Shown here: one piece after another, positions 37,800 to 43,198 of the stretch
How positions within the stretch are numbered: the first letter of the stretch is position 1
Layout of the letters: the number at the start of each line of letters is the position of its first letter
Origin: an uncultured Muribaculaceae bacterium
Lineage (GTDB): Bacteria; Bacillota_I; Bacilli_A; RF39; UBA660
Length of the DNA stretch: 43,198 nt
Direction of reading: 5' to 3'
Assembly: GCA_964652065.1 (NCBI GenBank)
Contig: CAZYZU010000001.1
Location: forward strand, 1 to 43,198
The notes under the pieces: generated by a model
Seen by the model: the letters and a program-made list of their open reading frames with translations, nothing else
Told to the model about the DNA's origin: nothing
Database searches by the model: none
Position numbers and translations under genes: made by a program

Positions 37800-37815
37800 A
37801 TAGAAAAAAAGTCTT

Positions 37816-38517
37816 TTATTTAGACTTTCTTTTTCTTTTAGGTATTAATTTTTCTTTATCATCGCTGATATTAAAAACAAGATTTTTATTATTTTTAAAT
37901 GAATATCCATTGTTTGATAATTGTTGTTCAAAAAGAGTAGTTGATATTGTTACTTGTTCTAAACTGGTATTTGAAAACGCATCTTCTCTTATTATTTTTA
38001 CATTATCAGGTATTCTTATTTTAGTAAGAGTACTACCTTTAAAAGCATCTTTTCCTATTATCTTCAAATTTTTTGGTAGTGATATTGTTTCTAATTTGGT
38101 ATTTGAGAATGCTCCATTTTTTATTTCAATTAAATTTCTAGGTAGACTTATTCCATTTTTGAATTTAGAATATAAAAATGTATTACTTTCAATTACTTTT
38201 AAATTTGATGGTAAAAATACTTTTTTATCAAATTCTGTATCTGCAAAAGCAACTTCATTAATTTTTTCTATACCTTCAGGTAAATTAATAGTTCCTATTT
38301 TTAAACATTCAAATGCTCCAGCTCCTATTTCTTTTATAGTTTTTGGTAGTCTAACATTTTCAATTTTTTCATAATGTGCTACAGCTACTGCATTTGTTCC
38401 AATATGTGTAACGCCTTCTGGTACTGTTAATACTCCGTTTATTAAATCTGATTTTTCACATTCTGTTAATATTATTTTTTCTTCTTTATTATTCTTTAAT
38501 ACTGTTAAAATTTTCAT
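37816..38517 (-). CDS. BspA-type leucine-rich-repeat protein with no signal peptide and a Lys/Arg-rich tail
   Basis: Repeated ~23-25-aa units of the form (I/V)xLPxx(L/I)xxIGxxAFxx(T/C)xLxx(I/V). AAGGAG RBS. Confidence 0.7.
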   Translation of the reverse strand: MKILTVLKNNKEEKIILTECEKSDLINGVLTVPEGVTHIGTNAVAVAHYEKIENVRLPKTIKEIGAGAFECLKIGTINLPEGIEKINEVAFADTEFDKKVFLPSNLKVIESNTFLYSKFKNGISLPRNLIEIKNGAFSNTKLETISLPKNLKIIGKDAFKGSTLTKIRIPDNVKIIREDAFSNTSLEQVTISTTLFEQQLSNNGYSFKNNKNLVFNISDDKEKLIPKRKRKSK

Positions 38518-38593
38518 AAGACTATTTCTCCTTAATTTGTTATTTTATCATTTCAGCAAAAATTGTCAATAAAATTAATTACAAAATTGTAGT

Positions 38594-39697
38594 TTACTTT
38601 TTATTACTTATATTATTATCTGTTATTGTAGTATCTTTAAACATACTATCTAAATCTGAATTATCATTTTGATTATTTAATTCTTTTTTTGTTTCATGGT
38701 TGAAACAAATGTTTTCTGGAAAGATATGTCTTTTTAGGGTTTCATTTTGAATATTAGTTAATAATCTATTTGGGAATGTTTTATCTATATTTGGAAGGGC
38801 ATATAATAAGTATCCCCTTCTTTGTATATAATTATAATGATCCTTTTGTGAGTTCATATAATCATTATTAGTATCATCTAATAAGGAATCGTTGAAAAAG
38901 TTTTTTAATAAAACAGTTCCCCCGTTTGTAATTATTGTTTCTGTTGGATGCTCTTTTACCCAATCTGTTGTTGATTTTTTAAAGGCATCAATAAATATAT
39001 CTGACATAATTCTTGTATAGCTTTTATTTCCTTTTTCAGATTTATTTTCACTAGCATAACCAACCCAATTATTTATATTTCCTGTTAATAAATGTGGTTT
39101 TTTGATTCTATTTGTTAAATCTGGATGTTCATTTTCTATTTTAGATAATATTGAAAGATTTGTATCAAGTTGATCAGTAGAAGAATATATAACTAGTGCA
39201 TCTTTTGTTCCAAGTTCTGCACAAGTATTTACCTTGAAATAATAAGGCATATCTTTTTCGTTATATTCTTTAATCAAATAAAACATTAATTCAGGTAGTT
39301 CTTTAGAACTTGCGTTTATATAAAACCTATGGCTTATTTCATCTTTCTTATATTTCTTTTTATTTTGTAGTTTCCAAGATTGGAATGTATACCATCCTAG
39401 TTGAGTATTTGTAATAGGATCACTTCCATTTTCTGTTTTTTTATATGTTCCTTTTGCGCAATAAAAATCTTTTATTTTGGCGGCTATACTTCCGACTTTT
39501 GCAAAATCAGAAGATGACGTTTTATTGCTTTCATCTATGTTCAATTCATCTTTTAATAGTTTTGCAATATCATTTAAATCTCTATTTTTATTAACTGTCT
39601 TAGCCATTTTTATATAAGACTCAATAACTTTATTTATTAAATTTTGATCAATTTTTACGCCAACTTTAGTTATTAAGTTTTCTTTAGTTATTTCCAT
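38594..39697 (-). CDS. hypothetical cytoplasmic protein (very tentatively HopA1-family-like)
   Basis: 367 aa. HRFYINASSKELPELMFYLIKEYNEKDMPYYFKVNT...KDALVIYSS resembles the RxYxN...FKV...D(A)xV(I/L)Y pattern I associate with HopA1-family proteins. It appears to have its own extended -10 (TGATACAAT). Confidence 0.4.
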   Translation of the reverse strand: MEITKENLITKVGVKIDQNLINKVIESYIKMAKTVNKNRDLNDIAKLLKDELNIDESNKTSSSDFAKVGSIAAKIKDFYCAKGTYKKTENGSDPITNTQLGWYTFQSWKLQNKKKYKKDEISHRFYINASSKELPELMFYLIKEYNEKDMPYYFKVNTCAELGTKDALVIYSSTDQLDTNLSILSKIENEHPDLTNRIKKPHLLTGNINNWVGYASENKSEKGNKSYTRIMSDIFIDAFKKSTTDWVKEHPTETIITNGGTVLLKNFFNDSLLDDTNNDYMNSQKDHYNYIQRRGYLLYALPNIDKTFPNRLLTNIQNETLKRHIFPENICFNHETKKELNNQNDNSDLDSMFKDTTITDNNISNKK

Positions 39698-39794
39698 ATT
39701 ACTTTCACTATCCTTATTTTTAATTTAATATAACCTAGTATTGCTTTTATTGTATCATATTTTATTAAAAAAAAAGAATGCTACTATTTTATTG

Positions 39795-40628
39795 TTATAA
39801 CATTTCTTTAATTTTACTTATTGCGATATTACAATCATCATTTATAGTAATTGATTTATCTTTAATTTCAAAAGGAACATCAGTATACTTATCATTAATT
39901 CTAATTAACTTTGTATTAGTAAAATTATAGGTCATTTGTTCAAAAGGAAATCTTATTATACCTGGTGTATTAAATCCTGCTCCTAGTTCGATTAACAATA
40001 ATTTTTTCATTTTATTTTCTTCTAAGAATTTCTCATAATTTTTATTTAGATTTCTCCAATTGTCATCTTCTACAAAAAAAGCATCTTTTCTTAAATTAAT
40101 TTCCATTTTTTCACCACAAACTGGGCAGTATGGAATGAGAGATATTGGTACTTTTGTATCATTCTTATATTTCATCATCTTATTAACTAAATCTAAATCA
40201 TTATATAATTTATCATGACATCCAACAGAGCATTGCATTTTTGATAATGATCCTTGAATTTCAAAAACTTTTTGTGAATCAAATCCTGATTTTAAAAATT
40301 GACCATCTACATTTGTAGTAATAACAAAATAATTTTTATTTTTTATAATATTAAATAATTTTAAGTATACATCTTTTGCTTCTATATTATATAAATAATC
40401 AATATGTTTTGACCAATAACTCCAGCGTTCTTCTTCACTTTTAAAATTATAAAAAGATGATGTATACATATCAGTCATTCCATAATTTTTTACAAGTTCC
40501 GGAAACTTCATCTTAAAGTCAGTTTCATCATAATTAATTCCAGCAGAAGTAGAAAGTCCTGCTCCTGCACCAATAATAATTGCATCGCATTCATTAATTA
40601 ATTCTTTTATTTTTAAATAATCGTTCAT
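39795..40628 (-). CDS. SIR2-family protein of the macrodomain-linked (SirTM-like) class
   Basis: IIGAGAGLSTSAGI (NAD-binding), TTNVDGQF, and Zn ribbon CSVGCH...CPVCGE. The position of the canonical xxHG catalytic His reads EIQGS. I moved the start to ATG 40628, which follows AAGGAG. It overlaps the macrodomain gene by 35 nt. Confidence 0.75.
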   Translation of the reverse strand: MNDYLKIKELINECDAIIIGAGAGLSTSAGINYDETDFKMKFPELVKNYGMTDMYTSSFYNFKSEEERWSYWSKHIDYLYNIEAKDVYLKLFNIIKNKNYFVITTNVDGQFLKSGFDSQKVFEIQGSLSKMQCSVGCHDKLYNDLDLVNKMMKYKNDTKVPISLIPYCPVCGEKMEINLRKDAFFVEDDNWRNLNKNYEKFLEENKMKKLLLIELGAGFNTPGIIRFPFEQMTYNFTNTKLIRINDKYTDVPFEIKDKSITINDDCNIAISKIKEML

Positions 40629-41364
40629 ATATCTCCTTATCTTGATCAGTAAAAACATTAAATATTATTTTATCAAAGTACTGATCATTTTCTTTTAAAT
40701 AATTTATTACAGTAGTATACGCAAGCGATGACGCTTCTTCTTTTGGATATGCATATACTCCAGTTGATATACAAGGAAACACTATACTTCTAATTTTATT
40801 TTTTTTAGCTAAATTTAAAGAATTGATATAACAACTTCTTAGATCTTCTTTATCTTTTTTTGTAACAGTTCTATTTACCTTTGGACCAACTGTATGAATA
40901 ATATATTTACATGGAAGATTATACCCTTTTGTTAAAACAACATCGCCATTATCTAATGTATTACCTTTCATAATTTCATTACATTTTAGTCGTAAACTTA
41001 TTCCTGCATAAGTATGAATTTGATTATCAATACAAGAGTGGTTTGGTATAAAACACCCAAGTAAATATTCATTACAGGCATTAACAATCGCATCTGTTTT
41101 TAAATAAGTTATATCTCCTTGATAAACACTCACCTTTTCTTTAAAAGTATTTACATCAACTATTTCTTTTTCTTGTAATTCTAATTGTAATAATTGATCT
41201 TCTTTTTTTAGTATTTCTTCAGAAAGAGTGATTGGTTCCCTAATGTTTATCAATCCACGAAGTAATTTTCTTTTTTCTTCATAATTATTTGGAATATCAA
41301 CTCCAGTATAGTTACTTTCATTTATAAAATACTCTATTAATTCATTAACTAATTTTTCTTTCAT
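40594..41364 (-). CDS. macrodomain protein (protein-ADP-ribose hydrolase type)
   Basis: VYQGDITYLKTDAIVNACN...HTVGP...FPCISTGVYAYP are macrodomain motifs. It has an N-terminal ~75-aa helical extension. Confidence 0.85.
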   Translation of the reverse strand: MKEKLVNELIEYFINESNYTGVDIPNNYEEKRKLLRGLINIREPITLSEEILKKEDQLLQLELQEKEIVDVNTFKEKVSVYQGDITYLKTDAIVNACNEYLLGCFIPNHSCIDNQIHTYAGISLRLKCNEIMKGNTLDNGDVVLTKGYNLPCKYIIHTVGPKVNRTVTKKDKEDLRSCYINSLNLAKKNKIRSIVFPCISTGVYAYPKEEASSLAYTTVINYLKENDQYFDKIIFNVFTDQDKEIYERLFKNKRIN

Positions 41365-41678
41365 TTTTTCTCCTTATATTTAATTCCAAATATCTCCATC
41401 GTTTTAAGAACATCTTTTAACTCTTGTCCTTTATCACTTAGTGAGTATTCTACTTTTGGAGGAACTACTGGATAAACTTTTCTTTTTATAATTCCATCAG
41501 ACTCTAACGCTCTTAAGTTTTCAGTTAATACTTTTGGAGATATTCCAGCTACAGATCTAGTTAATTCATTATATCTTTTTACTCCTGTAAGTAAATCCCT
41601 TAGTATTAATACTTTCCATTTATTTGAAATAATTGATGCAGTATATTCTACTGGACAACTTGTATATACTTTACTCAT
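41361..41678 (-). CDS. HxlR/DUF24-family winged-helix transcriptional regulator
   Basis: CPVEYTASIISNKWKVLILRDLLTGVKRYNEL...ISPKVLTENLRALESDGIIKR. Its TGA stop overlaps the macrodomain ATG (ATGA). I moved the start to ATG 41678, which follows GAGGTGA. Confidence 0.85.
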   Translation of the reverse strand: MSKVYTSCPVEYTASIISNKWKVLILRDLLTGVKRYNELTRSVAGISPKVLTENLRALESDGIIKRKVYPVVPPKVEYSLSDKGQELKDVLKTMEIFGIKYKEKK

Positions 41679-41726
41679 ACTTTTCACCTCACTTACATTT
41701 TATCACTACAGGGTATTTTCGGAAAG

Positions 41727-41746
41727 TACTTACTTTTTGGTAAGTA
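41727..41746 (-). promoter_or_regulatory. perfect 7-bp inverted repeat TACTTAC-N6-GTAAGTA upstream of hxlR (candidate operator)
   Basis: It lies between the terminator at 41748..41771 and the hxlR RBS. Confidence 0.4.
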
Positions 41747-41747
41747 T

Positions 41748-41771
41748 CAAAAAAGATAACCGAAGTTATCT
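41748..41771 (-). terminator. intrinsic terminator after the MBL-like gene
   Basis: Minus strand reads AGATAAC-TTCG-GTTATCT followed by TTTTTTG. Confidence 0.7.
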
Positions 41772-41776
41772 AATTA

Positions 41777-42565
41777 TTATTGAAAGAAGTATCCTGCAGT
41801 CATATCTAGGTAGTTTAATCCTTTGTATTTTGGATATGAAGTATTAACTTTTTCTATAAATTCTTCTTTATTAGATGAAGTGTTTGCAATTTCTTTTAAG
41901 TTCTTAAGATACTCTATTTTCTCATCAACATCTTTTAACGTTTCTGGAGTATAATGACTTGAAAGAATTAAATCATAACCATTTTCTTTATAACTTTCTA
42001 ACTGACTAATTATTGCATCCGCATGAAGTGATCCCGCAACTATTGAATGTGTATCATGACCTAACATGTGAGTATACACTGCATTAATTTGTGGGAATAC
42101 TATCTCAATATCTTCATCATGATAAGTAATACTTAAATCAAACCCTCCAATATTAACATTAGTTTCTTCTAAAACATCGGTAATTGTATGCATTTCACTA
42201 GCAAATGTTCCATTATATGCTGTTTTAAATCCTTCTATTATATTATAAATTGATCCAGACTCCATTGATTTTATTGTACCCTTCGAGGCATAACCATCTA
42301 CATCAGTAAAAATAGTTCCAGCAGATGGATGATCTGAAAATACCTTTCCAATAATTGTTTTATTTAATCCTTTAACATAGTTCTCATATTGTTTTAAATC
42401 TTCATAGAATGATGGGAACTCTACTAATAAAAGATTACTCTCATTTTCTAAGATAAATGCTTCATCATTCATGATATCCCCTGTTTGATAGGCATGAAGT
42501 TTAATATTTCCAAAGTCATATACTTCTACAAATCCTTTTTCTAAATTAATTTTTTTACTTTTCAT
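41777..42565 (-). CDS. hypothetical protein, possibly a degenerate MBL-fold protein
   Basis: 262 aa with a GAGGAG RBS. The His-rich patches FSDHPSAG, THMLGHDTHS and LSSHYTP loosely resemble metallo-beta-lactamase-fold motifs. Confidence 0.4.
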   Translation of the reverse strand: MKSKKINLEKGFVEVYDFGNIKLHAYQTGDIMNDEAFILENESNLLLVEFPSFYEDLKQYENYVKGLNKTIIGKVFSDHPSAGTIFTDVDGYASKGTIKSMESGSIYNIIEGFKTAYNGTFASEMHTITDVLEETNVNIGGFDLSITYHDEDIEIVFPQINAVYTHMLGHDTHSIVAGSLHADAIISQLESYKENGYDLILSSHYTPETLKDVDEKIEYLKNLKEIANTSSNKEEFIEKVNTSYPKYKGLNYLDMTAGYFFQ

Positions 42566-42721
42566 TTTTTATTTCTCCTCATTTTTTATTTGTGTTAGTT
42601 CTTTGTGCACTTTTTCTAACTAATTATATTTTAGATGGTTCCAATAAAAAAAGTAAGTGTGCACTTTTTTGTTATATACTTACCTTTTAGTATAAATTTA
42701 ATAAAATCAACAAACTTATAA

Positions 42722-42919
42722 TTAAATTTTTTTATTTTTTGTGTTCTTCAAACTAATATTAAAACATAATAAACAAATTCCAGAGCAGATCATTATTATC
42801 CATATTACATAACTTTCCTTTGTAACAATATTATATATTAAACATATAATACTTATTATTATTTGAGTAATTGAACATATTATTCCAAACTTACTCATAT
42901 TAAATTTATTTTCTTTCAC
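42722..42919 (-). CDS. 65-aa two-TM membrane protein
   Basis: GTG start 7 nt after AGGGGGA. Two hydrophobic helices and a basic C-terminus. Confidence 0.45.
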   Translation of the reverse strand: MKENKFNMSKFGIICSITQIIISIICLIYNIVTKESYVIWIIMICSGICLLCFNISLKNTKNKKI

Positions 42920-43095
42920 TTACAATTCCCCCTTTAAATTTTATATTTATTAAATTATTTAGGATTTAAATCTTACAATAATGATGCATAAAATAACAAT
43001 TTACATTTTTATTTACTTCTTTAATGACAATAATTGTTTTAATATATCATTTATTGTTATTTATTACTGTTTATTTTTAGAATTTTTTTGTCATC

Positions 43096-43124
43096 AAAAA
43101 AAGCATAGTAATAAAACACTATAC
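43096..43124 (-). terminator. intrinsic terminator for a minus-strand gene ending near or beyond the right window edge
   Basis: Minus strand reads GTATAGT-gttttatt-ACTATGC (one G-U pair) followed by TTTTTTTG. Confidence 0.4.
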
Positions 43125-43198
43125 TTAAATCTTAATTATCATTTTACTTGTTTCAGACTTTTACCTACTTACCACAACAATTTTTATATTTCTTACCA

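Noticed and set aside
37607-37815. The 209-nt gap upstream of prfB as a 6S RNA, SRP RNA or tRNA
   Set aside because: There is no cloverleaf and no SRP domain-IV-like GGAA/AGCA motif. There is no long imperfect 5'/3' closing helix, and the 5' half is homopolymeric A/T. Only the 3' ~80 nt is structured, and that part is reported separately as a candidate sRNA.
42983-43198. Plus-strand frame open from ATGATG at 42983 to the right window edge
   Set aside because: It has no SD. Its Phe/Tyr/Ile/Asn-rich composition is typical of random AT-rich sequence. It also runs through a minus-strand terminator (43096..43124).
43165-43198. Possible 3' end of a minus-strand gene at the right edge (..GKKYKNCCGK* in one frame)
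   Set aside because: Only about 10 codons are visible and all three frames stop within 35 nt. I cannot support a CDS call.
1-43198. CRISPR arrays, rRNA or tRNA genes, transposases, integrases or prophage blocks
   Set aside because: Reading both strands, I found no spaced direct-repeat arrays, no cloverleaf-capable GC-rich segments and no recombinase-like ORFs. The only mobile-element-associated pair (Y-family polymerase with YolD) has no flanking integrase or repeats.

Overview
Very AT-rich chromosomal segment from a low-GC Bacillota-type bacterium. GC was not computed and the taxon is not determinable from this window. The gene order uvrB / uvrA / yvlD-like / lgt / yvcK / whiA / clpP resembles the Bacillus arrangement. 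Standard bacterial code applies: prfB carries the classic CUU-UGA +1 frameshift site, and hxlR ends in TGA. Every called CDS except clpP lies on the minus strand. Units are tightly packed, and many are bounded by a hairpin plus T-run that runs directly into a TGnTATAAT-type -10. Content from right to left on the minus strand:
- a small membrane protein and an MBL-like protein;
- an hxlR-macrodomain-SirTM operon;
- a 367-aa unknown protein and a cytoplasmic BspA-type LRR protein;
- prfB, two tandem YitT paralogs, and ftsE-ftsX-M23 peptidase;
- a stand-alone gene broken by one in-frame TGA;
- a DapB-like amine dehydrogenase;
- uvrB followed by a degenerate PgeF/YfiH-like gene and a radical SAM/SPASM gene;
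- a repeat-containing J-like membrane protein, DUF1292, uvrA, yvlD-like, lgt, yvcK, whiA (clpP convergent) and a TGS/uridine-kinase-like protein;
- gap, then a seven-gene operon mixing pgk/tpiA/gpmA with membrane and glycolipid genes;
- cupin, DUF2798 and a LarC1-only gene;
- Y-family polymerase with YolD, an HHxxxDG acyltransferase with a zinc-ribbon membrane partner, a membrane-anchored unknown protein, a DUF3781-like protein, an XRE regulator with two micro-ORFs, and a partial SDR.
No rRNA, tRNA, CRISPR array, transposase or integrase was recognised. The most interesting candidates are:
- the hxlR-macro-SirTM module, which lacks its usual partners, together with its two unknown neighbours;
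- the catalytically degenerate PgeF-like plus compact radical SAM/SPASM pair behind uvrB;
- the TGA-interrupted gene with an ART-like C-terminal signature;
- twin MerR-type promoters driving cupin/DUF2798 and an orphan LarC1;
- an opposite-strand terminator and hairpin upstream of prfB that may be a small RNA.
All homology calls are by eye from memory of family motifs. None was verified by a search.
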